Origin: Haliotis rubra
Taxonomy: Eukaryota
Length of the DNA: 64,000 bases
Direction of reading: 5' to 3'
NCBI RefSeq assembly: GCF_003918875.1
Contig: NW_025767231.1
Span: 62,001-126,000 of the forward strand
The translations under genes and the position numbers were made by a program. How positions within the stretch are numbered: position 1 is the first letter of the stretch; every line of letters starts with the position of its first letter. The notes below the pieces were generated by a model, which was given only the letters and a program-made list of their open reading frames with translations, was not told where the DNA came from and made no database searches. This document shows positions 40,001 to 52,100 of the stretch, piece after piece.

Positions 40001-41024
40001 TCATAGAACAATGACTATAGAAGCAATATAAGAACAAGAAACAATGATCAACTCTGCAGCAACACAGTAACCTGCCTTAATTAAAATAGCAGCAACACAC
40101 TAACCTGCCTTAATTAAAATGGAAAAACGTGCAACACACGTATATATATTTTAACTGCACAGACAAATGTAGATGAAATTTGAAATGCATGAATTTCCAA
40201 CGCAATCAGCCTTTTAAAAACATAAATAGTTTATTTATAACTAATATAAGTAGACCACAAAAGACACTGATAGAATAAAACGACACATAAAGATGATGTA
40301 TGAAAAAAGTTAATTTGACATGTTAAACATTTTTAAGTTGCCTGTGCTTGTAAAGACATTATGATAATAATCAAATCACTCATCAAAGAGACAAATACTA
40401 GTACCGACACAAGTTTGCAAGCACTGATCTATATGCCCATACTGGGATGTGATTATGATCGAATGGTTATAGGCCACCCAAGACTTGAGAAGCTTGCTTA
40501 TGTCCACTTTGATCCCATCGTGATAAAAAGAAGGGCAAGTAAAAACGGTTCATCATATGTATACAAAACATGCAACTTTCCATGATAACAAATCTACTTT
40601 TCTAACATTTTGTAGATGTCTCATCAAGAAACCAGTGCCCGTTATCTGACGGATGAGGCATACTTATCAAGGTAAGAACAGAGTTCACTCTACTGTGTCC
40701 TTAAATCTATACAGAACAGTTCATTACCTTTCGGCGCGTGAATACAACTGTCGGAATGAACAATATTAACTAGGATTACCAAGTTTTTGAATGAATGAAT
40801 TCTAAAAATGCGAAACATTCTGAACTTTCATTTGACGAGACTTGGCTTCTGCGAAACGATTTGACATATCTACATTATTTCCTCCGGTAGTAATTCGCGT
40901 GAAAAGAATAACTAACACATTCAGAAGCTCTAGTTTTGGTAGAACCCTCTTTCAGGGTATCGGCCGCCCCGCCTTCATCTTCTCCTCCATCTTCTCTTCG
41001 CCTTCTCCGACGTCTATCCGCCAT
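34065..41024 (-). CDS. CASC3: CASC3 / MLN51 / Barentsz, exon junction complex subunit (about 1039 aa)
   Basis: Exons 40917-41024, 39720-39747, 39354-39400, 38873-39046, 38345-38493, 38065-38235, 36709-37604, 36301-36498, 35976-36131, 35554-35765, 35116-35265, 34065-34895, all GT-AG and in phase. N-terminus MADRRRRRRR...SECESEG; SELOR/Btz domain DDDEDRKNPAYIPRKGAFYEHD...LWKDEEKWLHDRY...KSREELIAIYGYDIR; RPKRYSSQRQR and GGTTYY motifs. Confidence 0.93.
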
Positions 41025-41649
41025 TTTCTTAGCATGGCAAGTGTGATCTCGTCTGTAAACGGGATTTCGCTAACTACTCATACCCGAAACAGTTATCTCC
41101 CGTTATATATTGCGTTTGCACTTGCAGTGATACCTAAACAGTAGTTACCATGGTTTTACTGCTTGGCGTGGCGTAAAAACGTACGACAGGAATGGAATAC
41201 ACATTTTCATCTGTATATCAATGCAATCTTTGTAAACAATATCCTTTTAAAGAAAGATAGCGTTATTTACTATATAGAATGGTGTATTCAGTTCAACAGT
41301 AAATAGTTTATCTCATATATATAATTTGTTATTTATTTACAAAGATTATTTAATTATTACTTTGTAAACATAGCAGTTTAATTCTTGAAATAAACAAAAC
41401 AATACTACAATTTTGTTCAAGCCATTTTCCCCCCTCCTTGTGTTTTCTTAATCAGATTAAGGCATTCTTGCTCAGGCCGCAATGGAAATTGTTAAGGGCG
41501 TTGGCTTTGAAAAATATGAAGTCATAGCATAAACACATTCTACAATCGACAAGAGCTAGAGTAAAAGACGTAATTACTTCATGCACCAATCGCGGATATG
41601 CCACTTTATTGATTCAACTACCTCAATTAGGTATGTGTGGTAAGATTCA

Positions 41650-41835
41650 ACTAACGGGATGGGGTGGTCAGACTCGATGACTGGGTTGACGCATGTCATC
41701 GTATCCCAATTGCGTAGATCGATGCTCATGCTGTTGATCACTGGATTGTATGGTTCAGACTCGATTATTTACAGACCGCCGCAATATAGCTAAAATGTTG
41801 CTGAGTGCGGCGTATAAACTAAACTCTCTCACTCA
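41650..41835 (+). mobile_element. SINE family B, 5'-truncated
   Basis: Body matches 26718-26927. Confidence 0.85.
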
Positions 41836-43158
41836 TTTAGATATGTCTGCCATAAGCTGGAATATCGCTGTGTGCGGCGTAGAACTAAACTCACTCACTC
41901 ATTAAGATATGTCTGTCATATAGCTGGAATATCGCTGTGTGCGGCGTAGAACTAAACTCACTCACTCACTCATTTAGATATGTCTGCCATATAGCTGGAA
42001 TATTGCTGTGTGTGGCGTAGAACTAAACTCATTTAGATACTGCCACTGGCACTCATTTAGATATGTCTGCCATATGCGAGCTGGAATATTCATTTAGTGT
42101 GTGGCGTAGAACTAAACTCACTCAGCTCTGGAATATTGCTTTAGATATGAACTGCTCACTATTTAGATATGTCTGCCATATAGCTGGAATATTGCTGTGT
42201 GCGGCGTAGAACTAAACTCACTCACTCACTCACTCATTTAGATATGTTGGTCATATAGCTGGAATATTGCTGTGTGCGGCGTAGAACTAAACTCACTCAC
42301 TCACTCATTTAGATAAGTCTGCCATATAGCTGGAATATTGTGTGTGGCGTAGAACTAAACTCACTCACTCACTCATTTAGATATGTCTGCCATATAGCTG
42401 GAATATTGCTGTGTGTGGCGTAGAACTAAAACTCACTCACTCACTCCATTTAGATATGTCTGCCATATGGCTGGAATATCGCTGTGTGCGACGTAGAACT
42501 GGAAAACTCACTCACTCACTCATTTAGATATGTCTGCCATATAGCTGGAATATCGCTGTGCGCGGCGTAGAACTAAACTCACTCACCCACTCATTTAGAT
42601 ATGTCTGCCATATAGCTGGAATATCGCTGTGTGCGACGTAGAACTAAACTCACTCACTCACTCATTTAGATATGTCTGCCATATAGCTGGAATATCGCTG
42701 TGCGCGGCGTAGAACTAAACTCACTCACTCACTCATTTAGATATGTCTGCCATATAGCTGGAATATTGCTGTGTGCGGCGTAGAACTAAACTCACTCACT
42801 CAATCATTTAGATATGTTTGTCATATAACTGGAATATTGCTGTGTGCGGCGTAGAACTAAACTCACTCACTCACTCATTTAGATATGTCTGCCATATAGC
42901 TGGAATATCGCTGTGTGCGGCGTAGAACTAAACTCACTCACTCATTTAGATATGTGTGTCATATAACTGGAATATCGCTGTGTGCGGCGTAGAACTAAAC
43001 TCACTCACTCACTCATTTAGATATGTCTGCCATATAGCTGGAATATTGCTGAGTGCGGCGAAAAACCTAACACACTCACTCACTCATTTAGATATGTCTG
43101 CCATATAGCTGGAATATTGCCATGTGCGGCGTAAACACGTTACTCATTTAGATATGTA
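41780..43158 (+). repeat. Tandem array derived from a SINE 3' end plus flank, 62-70-bp unit, about 20 copies
   Basis: Unit GCCATATAGCTGGAATATTGCTGTGTGCGGCGTAGAACTAAACTC(ACTC)nATTTAGATATGTCT. Confidence 0.92.
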
Positions 43159-45141
43159 TTTAAGGAAAGATGTTATACTCGATCCCGACGTTACAGCACC
43201 AGCGTGTGTGTGATAAGATATGGACACACTCGCACTTTTGTGTGGACCTTTAGAATTGAATACTACTCAATTGTGACTGAACCATAAATGACTTTACAAC
43301 TATAGGACCTCCAGTATATCACATGAATCTCTTTGTAATATAGGCAGAAATAAATTGTGTCCAAATAATTTTCTGGTTTGTGGAATATCCGCCAGCATGC
43401 AGTTATACTTCCACTTTTATATGACTGTATTACTCCTTCCTCAAAATATTCAGGTTTGTAACGGTTTGAACAGTATTTCAGTTACATGTAACGCGTGAAC
43501 GCTTTGAAGGGCAATTCGAAATAAAGAAGGGTTTAAAAGTTCCCCTCTTTGGTAAAACTCACAAGCATGCTAGGATGTGGTGCCAAACTCCTGGTGAACT
43601 GGGATTTTAACTAAAATAAGAATTTGCATGAGCGGAATTAATTCTTCATACAAGATGCTTTTCTTAAACCGAAACTAGCCAATTAATTGCTTTATGTTTT
43701 GGGTTTTTTTTAGATGCGTGATGGGGTGCTCCAGGTTATGGACATATTGAGTGAGTAGTAGTGTTGAAATATCCGGCCTGAAGACTCACGTGAAAGTTGA
43801 ATGCACGATTTCCACGAACCCTAACAGGACCCCACAATAGGAATTGGCACAATGATTTCTCCCTTCGTGCAAGCCTACCTCTAATGATAGAAGATCCGTC
43901 TGCAAGTTTCACGTGTTTGCATGTACCGGGTGGGAAACACACTACTTGGCCAACATGCTACAAGGTGGGACATTGGTTGCGATCAGAATTTTGTTAATCT
44001 GCGAAACTACTCTAAAATCAATCGCAGAATTATGTAAATGTGCTGTCTTGGACATTGCATCATGTCCAGGCCATTTACACAAGAGGAAGGACATTGCCTG
44101 TCACTGGCAAAAACGTGATTCGGGTTTGCAGTAGACCAGAGGATTTTGGAGAGTTAAAAGCTTTTGATGGAGCATACATTACACACAGTTATGATTTCAG
44201 TTTGTAATGCAGTTGATAGTGTTACTTGTAAAACGACAGGGCTCATTGCTAACAGTATCGATCAATGATGCAGTTGGATCCCATTTCTGTTTTGTGTCTC
44301 AATATTTAATCATACCAAGTCAATTGACCTATGATATTGAAAACACACATTTGATCTATTTGAATCTGTAAACTAAATCAACTCAACTTTGCCATTGCTA
44401 GAAAATCTAAACAATCACGTAGATAAATATGTACATACAGTTTTTAACTTTAGGCCATAGTATTTCTTATGAAAGAATGAAGTTCTTTTTGTATCCTCAA
44501 AACAGTGTCACCCCGCAGTTTGTTTTGGCAACTTAATCACATACAATATAATGATCGCTACTCCCTTGCTGTAATCCATGTTTAGTGATGTAAACCAACA
44601 CCTACTTCTTTGTCATCATGTACTTCATGCTCAGTTAATTAATTTTTAACAGGAATAATTAGTGGTAACACCACTCAGATTACCTGACAAAGGATCCCCT
44701 TTAGCATTTTTCATGTCTGGGATAAATACTCAACTGTATAAATTCAGGTCTGATGTGGCAAATGTGGGTGTGCAGCATGAGGAATTTTTGGTTTAGTTTA
44801 AAACAGACATTGATCAAAGGATTAACTGATAACATGTTGACTGATTAATTACTCTTGCACAGCAGAGATCGCAAACCCAATCAAGAATTCTGGGATATCA
44901 TCCGAGTACTCGCGTGAAAAAACAATAGTAAAAACAACAACCAGTCCCAGGGAATTGCTCTAGATCAGTGTCCCTTTAAGAAGTCTTATATTACAATCAT
45001 AGGACACTAGTAACTTTACCTGTCTTCAAATCCCCACAGGGCTTATTATGAATGAATGTTTTATGCTGCAGTGAATAACTGAATCTGTGGCAGGCAGAGT
45101 AGCAATTGATAACAAGTCCTGAAAAAAACATATAAACTGGA

Positions 45142-45981
45142 CAGGGCTCCATATAATTATTTTGACTCAGGGGTATTTCACTCCTCAAAATTAAAAATGA
45201 GGAGTAAAATACCACATGGAAATAAAAGGAGGCGTATTTCACAGGTTGTATACTTTCACAGAGACATAACACTTAAGAGCATTTTTTTTAGCTTTTTTGG
45301 TCTGCACTGGCTTATAAGCATATGCAACCACAAGAAATTTGACTTCCAATCAGAAATCGTTTTGTCAGTGACACTATTCCAATCGTGTTTATTCTTAATA
45401 CAGACTTTAGCTACATTGTCAATTACATGTAAAAAGTTGATAATATCAGACACTAACTTTTCCTTGCTAACTGAAACAGTTTTCCTTTCCAAAACCCGAC
45501 ATTTCTTTTGGTAAGACATTCTTACTGGAGATGACAGGAAATAAATGACAGTGCGCGTTGAGCTATTGTCCATTAAATGTTTTCCTATGCTGGTTAAGGG
45601 CCATCACGTAATCTACAGTAGCCCCAATGCTGTATTATTACTAATACGGACCAGAAACATTGTGATAGTAACGCTGTTTAAGTGCTTGCTTGTAAACAAA
45701 TCGTGCCCCGAATGTAGATTAATTAGAAATATTTGCAGAGATCATTCGGACAATCTTCGCTTCAATACAGACAACCAACACTATTCGAGATCTTAATATC
45801 GGATGTGTAGGACTGAAACAATAGTTTGACAGGTTTGGTTCATGCATGCAAACAAAGTCTGACTCGTATTCTGAGAAAGTATATAAATGCATAATTTTCA
45901 CTCATTGATTGGACATTTTATTCATATATCTGAATTATGAATGCATATTTTATGCAGATACGCATCTTATCTGGAGCCCTG
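45142..45981. mobile_element. Non-autonomous DNA transposon just upstream of the first TSFM coding exon
   Basis: TIR CAGGGCTCCA(T/G)ATAA; ACTGGA direct repeat on both flanks. Confidence 0.7.
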
Positions 45982-46167
45982 ACTGGACCAACAAACCTGC
46001 ATGGCACAAGTAATTGTCAGAAGTTGTTTTTCAGCATCTGGTATCTTTTTCAGTTGTGGATTTTAATTATTGTAAACAATAAAAGAAGTCAATATTGATG
46101 TCCATCTTGAACACCACATGTACATTTATTTGATTATTTGATGATATTTTGTTACACATTTACAGGT

Positions 46168-49100
46168 ATGATGAAAATACACACCTGCATGGTGCGGGCA
46201 GTAGGTATCACATTGACCCGGGAACTGGCTACTGGTCAGACAGTTGACAAAGCTCTGCTTAGTAAGCTTAGGAAGAAGACAGGATTTCCACTCATCAACT
46301 GTAAGAAGGCCCTTGATCAGTTTGATAATGACTTACAACAGGTTTGTATCTGGCTTACAAGTGCAATTGAGTGTTTCAGATAATTCTCTGAATGTTCAGA
46401 ATGCATCAGAATTAGATTCTTGCTACTTGTTCTCTATGTCATTTTGTCTAAGTGTCCAAATACACAGTTGTCATAAATGGCCTTTCAGCTTTTGGACCTT
46501 CAGTATGTCTTTGTGAAGTACTGATTGCATCTGAATACACCTTACTGTCATACTGCAGATGTGATATGTTATAGAAGAGTGAAAGGCTATGAAAGTAAAA
46601 CTTGTAACAGATTAAAAGAAGAAGGAAAGAATGTTTTAAGCATTGTTTAGTCCTTGTTAATTAAGATTGAAAGTCTGATTAATGTCAAGCTGTGCGTAGT
46701 AAGACTAACATCAAATGTATACTTTGGCCATTCTAAAAACAGGCGGAAAAATGGCTGCTGGAACAAGCACAGAAGGAAGGATGGGCAAAAGCTACCAAGT
46801 TGCAGAATCGGCCAATGTCACAGGGACTTGTTGGTGTAGTAGGGGACCAGCGGACAGCCACGATGGTGGAGGTAGGTGACTGGTTGGTGTAGTAGGGGAC
46901 CAACAGACAGCCACGAAGGTGGAGGTAGGTGACTGGTTGGTGTAGTAGGGGGAAGGAGACAGCCAGGATGGTGGAGGTAGGTGACTGGTTGGTGTAGTAG
47001 GGGGAAGGAGACAGCCAGGATGGTGGAGGTAGGTGACTGGTTGTTGTAGTTGAGGGAAGGAGACAGCCAGGATGGTGGAGGTAGGTGACTGGTTGATGTA
47101 GTAGGGGGAAGGAGACAGCCAGGATGGTGGAGGTAGGTGACTGGTTGATGTAGTAGGGGGAAGGAGACAGCCAGGATGGTGGAGGTAGGTGACTGGTTGT
47201 TGTAGTAGGGGAAGGAGACAGCCAGGATGGTGGAGGTAGGTGACTGGTTGATGTAGTAGGGGAAGGAGACAGCCAGGATGGTGGAGGTAGGTGACTGGTT
47301 GATGTAGTAGGGGGAAGGAGACAGCCACGATGGTGGAGGTAGGTGACTGGTTGTTGTGGTTGAGGGAAGGAGACAGCCAGGATGGTGGAGGTAGGTGACT
47401 GGTTGATGTAGTAGGGGGAAGGAGACAGCCACGATGGTGGAGGTAGGTGACTGGTTGATGTAGTAGGGGAAGGAGACAGCCAGGATGGTGGAGGTAGGTG
47501 ACTGGTTGATGTAGTAGGGGGAAGGAGACAGCCAGGATGGTGGAGGTAGGTGACTGGTTGATGTAGTAGGGGAAGGAGACAGCCAGGATGGTGGAGGTAG
47601 GTGACTGGTTGATGTAGTAGGGGAAGGAGACAGCCACGATGGTGGAGGTAGGTGACTGGTTGGAGGTGTGGTTGATGTAGTAGGGGGAAGGAGACAGCCA
47701 GGATGGTGGAGGTAGGTGACTGGTTGATGTAGTAGGGGGAAGGAGACAGCCACGATGGTGGAGGTAGGTGACTGGTTGTTGTGGTTGAGGGAAGGAGACA
47801 GCCAGGATGGTGGAGGTAGGTGACTGGTTGATGTAGTAGGGGGAAGGAGACAGCCACGATGGTGGAGGTAGGTGACTGGTTGTTGTGGTTGAGGGAAGGA
47901 GACAGCCAGGATGGTGGAGGTAGGTGACTGGTTGATGTAGTAGGGGGAAGGAGACAGCCAGGATGGTGGAGGTAGGTGACTGGTTGTTGTAGTAGGGGGA
48001 AGGAGACAGCCAGGATGGTGGAGGTAGGTGACTGGTTGATGTAGTAGGGGGAAGGAGACAGCCAGGATGGTGGAGGTAGGTGACTGGTTGATGTGGTTGA
48101 GGGAAGCAGCAGACTGGTTGGTTGGGTGGTAGTGGGGCACCAGCAGACAGCCATGAAAACAATGTTAGAAAACCTATGTAGACTTTGTTTCGACCATCAT
48201 TACATAGCTAAGTGTTGATAGCAGTATTGTAAGCTTTGCTCATAACAATACTTACATGATGCATATGTAAAAGTTGGCATTACAGATGTGTGGAACTTGT
48301 AATATTGATAAGTGTTTGTAACATATGAAAGCTGTACTACCATTGTGTCTGGTGAAGAACTCTGCAGGGAGAGGGTATGCAATCTGACATTCTTAGAATA
48401 ATTATATGGCAAGAATACTTATTTCTATATTGTTCTAGGTGAATTGTGAGACTGACTTTGTGGCTCGGAATGAGAAGTTTGTGAAACTGGTCTCCAGCCT
48501 GACCATGGCCTGTCAGGACCACTTCCTCAGCCAGACAGACAGGAAGGTAGTGTAGTGCTGCATGCTCGTCATCTTGCTCATCTTACAAAATAATGTCTGA
48601 AGAACTACAACTAATATACTGAAATTTTCTTAAATGTAGTAAGGTGATGAAAGTGTTCACAGTAAGTGGGTGCCATGTGTTACTTTCCAGGTAAACCCAT
48701 GAAGATCTGGGTTAGAATTGATCCTCTCTAACCCTTGCTTGTCGTAAGAGGCGACTAACAGGATCAGGTGGTCAGGCTCACTGACTTGGTTGACACATGT
48801 CATCGGATCCCAGTTGGGTAGATTGTTGTTCATGGTATTGATCACTGGATTGACTCACTCACTCACTCACTCACTTTCCAGGTAAGCTTGGAAGGTGCAG
48901 CTGTCCAAGGTCTACAGGCAGGAGGTGGTAAAACCCTGGCTGATATGGTGGCGCTTGAGGTGGGAAGTGTCGGAGAAAACATGTCCCTGCGTAGAGCTGT
49001 TCACCTTCGGGCTGCAGAGAACAACTTCCTGTCATCCTACGTCCATGTGTCAGGTGGGTGTAGGGACTATGTTGACAATTTCGCCACATCAGATATTCTA

Positions 49101-52100
49101 TCCTGGTAGGAGACAAGATCTGTAAGAACCCATGCAGCAAAGAAGTTAGCTCAGCGGAACACAAGTCACTGTATCCAGGCAAAATGTGGTGGGCTTGTAA
49201 ACATGCCACTATTTCTGGAAGTCATATTAGCTGCCATTACAAGAATGTCAGTTGTGGGCAGAAATAACTTCTACGTTTGATGCACTTCACACAATGACAT
49301 GATGTATACGTTACCACTTACCGACCGATTATCTTAAATCTTTCACAGAGTGACCCAGATAGCATTCAGACGTTGGCCCAACGTTGACAATGGTTTTGCC
49401 AACATTGCCAACGTTGGGCCAATGTCTGAATGCTATCTGGGGAGGTATTCAGTATTATTTTTCCTTATCCTGACTCATGTTTATTTGCTTGTCTTCTTCT
49501 TCTGGCGAACCTAGTGGAACACTTGTATCTCCCAATTGAAGTTCCTTCAATAAAAATCACTCATTAGTACTGACCACGAGTTACCTCCCTTCCACAAGCG
49601 GGGAGCGAGAGCCACCTGAACCCATGTGCCTCACTCTCTCCTTCTTAGCCCAGTGAGCAAGGCGGTGAGAGCACCTGTGTCTCCCTGCACACTATATCCT
49701 TTATTTATATTTAGTTTGTTACCTCTTATATTCATCTATAGAGGTGTAACTAGTATCATTATTCAACATGCATTGATAATTATTAGTGTTTCTGCTGCTT
49801 GATTCACGGTTAGCCGTGTTGCTCAACAGTTTGCGTTAATAAAATCTGCACTGTTTGTAAATTACGTTACTCTGCTACCGATCCACATTTAAAATGCCCT
49901 AGTTGCATTACTCCATGTTCTATTGTTTCTCGTTGTAAATTATATATTAATTTACCAATTTCTGCCTTTGATAAATATTTATGTTCCGTTTTGAGGCGGA
50001 AGGCAGATAAATCTCGGAAACAATCTTCAGTCATGGCTAATAGATCGAGTCAGATATATCCTGAGTTACCTTCGGGGGATAAGCGTGGGGCCTTGATCCG
50101 CTATATCTAGAAGCGACCTGCTTCCCAGGGCGTTCCTTCATCACAGTATAAAACTAGAAGAACTTCCACGTCGTCTCAGCGTATGCTCCGAGCCCCAGGT
50201 CTACAGCCTCGTCAAAGGGAAATCCACGAAGACTAAAAAAAAACTTTGCTTCTGATATTCAGAATTATGTTTATATGATGATGACATTTTCGATTATCAT
50301 TCCAGATGTATGTCATAAGAAGTGACCAATGCGGCTACCGTCACTTCAGCGCAGATCAACATGCAATCAGAGATGCCCTACGCTGGGCCCGGAGATTATA
50401 ACTGAGGGTCCGTCACTATCACAGAGGACACCCTCAGCGCCAGCGCAGACCATCCCAGGCGACCTGGTCAACCAAATCATGAGGCTGATGGAAGACCGTT
50501 CACGGCTTACAGAGGCCTCAGAGCCACGAGGCCCCAGAGCCCACCCCATACTAAGTCATACAGGGCCCCAGAGCCGCCTTGACTTCAGCGTAGAGCCCCT
50601 GAGCCCATAGGCAGCCTCAGCGAAGAACAACCCTGCCGGGTGAGCTCTTTGCATAAGGTATCCCAGGCGCCTCGAGGAGGAGCTAGAGCCTGACCCTTTG
50701 CAAGAGGCCCGGAGAAGAGTGCTTAAGCCTATGCGCACCTTGTCGTATGCGAAGAGGCGTTAGCAAAGCAAGCACTCATATGTCGGATCGGACACTGACT
50801 CCAGACATTGGCGCCAAGGCAGCGAAGGCTAAGTGGTTCTAGCGCCTAGAAGGCGTTGGCGCAGCCCTCAGCGTTCGAGAAGCCCAGGCGTCTGCGAAGC
50901 CATCACCGTTCTCGAAGCCCACAGTTTCTTGAAGGATGTCTTCTCAAGGTCTACATACACTAGCCAATCGTCAGTCCGTTCTCCTCAGTCCTCACATAGA
51001 TCTTCTTACAGATCGAGGGTCTCCGACATCACGACCATCGTCAGAGGAAGGCGATGGTATCATTTAAGATCGGACTCTAGACGCCCGCTAAGGAAGTCCC
51101 AGGGCGCCTCAGCGAGAAGAGCTACAGCCTCACCAGTTGAGGGACATCGGCGGGAAGGGCTTAGCCGAGCCCACACCCTGTAGAACACAGAGGTGGATTA
51201 AGCGAAGCAAAGCTCATATATTGATCGGACTCTGACTCGATACTTTTCGCGAAGGTCGCGAAGGCGAAGGCTAAGTGGCTCAAGTCTACTTCACCCAGAA
51301 GATCTAGAAGCGTTGCCGAGATCTTAGCGAATCCAGTTAGCCGAGGAAGTCTCCTCAAAGGTCTCCATATACTAGCCACTTTCGTCATATATAGCCACTT
51401 TCGTCAGTCCGTTCAAGACATCACATGAGTTGTTTATCAACTGTAAGCCATATGCGTCTACAAGCCTCTGCGAAGACAATTGCACAGGCTATTTACAACA
51501 CACAGCGTCGCTGTATTAATTTATCAGCGGATGAAGAGCCTAATTAGGGATCTTCAAGCCGACTACCTACTACGATCACGATTATCTACATGCGTGACCA
51601 TTACGCAGATCTGCAGACAATTCAAAGCGAAATTGAACAGCAGTCTTGTTACAGCGAGTAAAACTCATAATCGTCAGCGATTTCCTCAGAAGTAATATGT
51701 ACAACAAGTTCAGCTTTAACAGTCTACAAGCTGACAACTTGCAAGGTTATTGAACCTTATATAAGGAAGTCGGAATTATCTTCAAGACTGAAGTTACTTT
51801 CCGCGACAGCCTGGAAAATAACTTACCCAGCATTAATATTACAGGCGAGGTATTTGGGCGGAGGTTTTTGGCGTTTACCATCAACCCTCGAAACGCGTGG
51901 TCACTTTCGGGTAACCGGGGAAGTTACGGTGAAGACCGGCGATTGTTCTAATATCAGCAGCGGCACTATATTATACAAGGTTCCTTTCCTGATACACGGT
52001 GGCGTCACAGCGGGTACTCTACAGAATCAAAATGCCTTGTTCTGATTGGACCGAGATGGACAGCGCCCTCGAGAAGTCGATCATAGTTCACAGTTCAACA

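Noticed and set aside
34065-41024. Functional link between CASC3 (EJC/NMD) and the neighbouring decoy arrays
   Set aside because: Adjacency only; no sequence evidence
43736-44134. Short overlapping ORFs upstream of TSFM
   Set aside because: No recognisable motif or convincing splice pattern
46733-48162. 440-473-aa Pro/Ser/Thr-rich minus-strand ORFs (mucin or extensin-like)
   Set aside because: Open in all three frames because they are the antisense of the TSFM donor array
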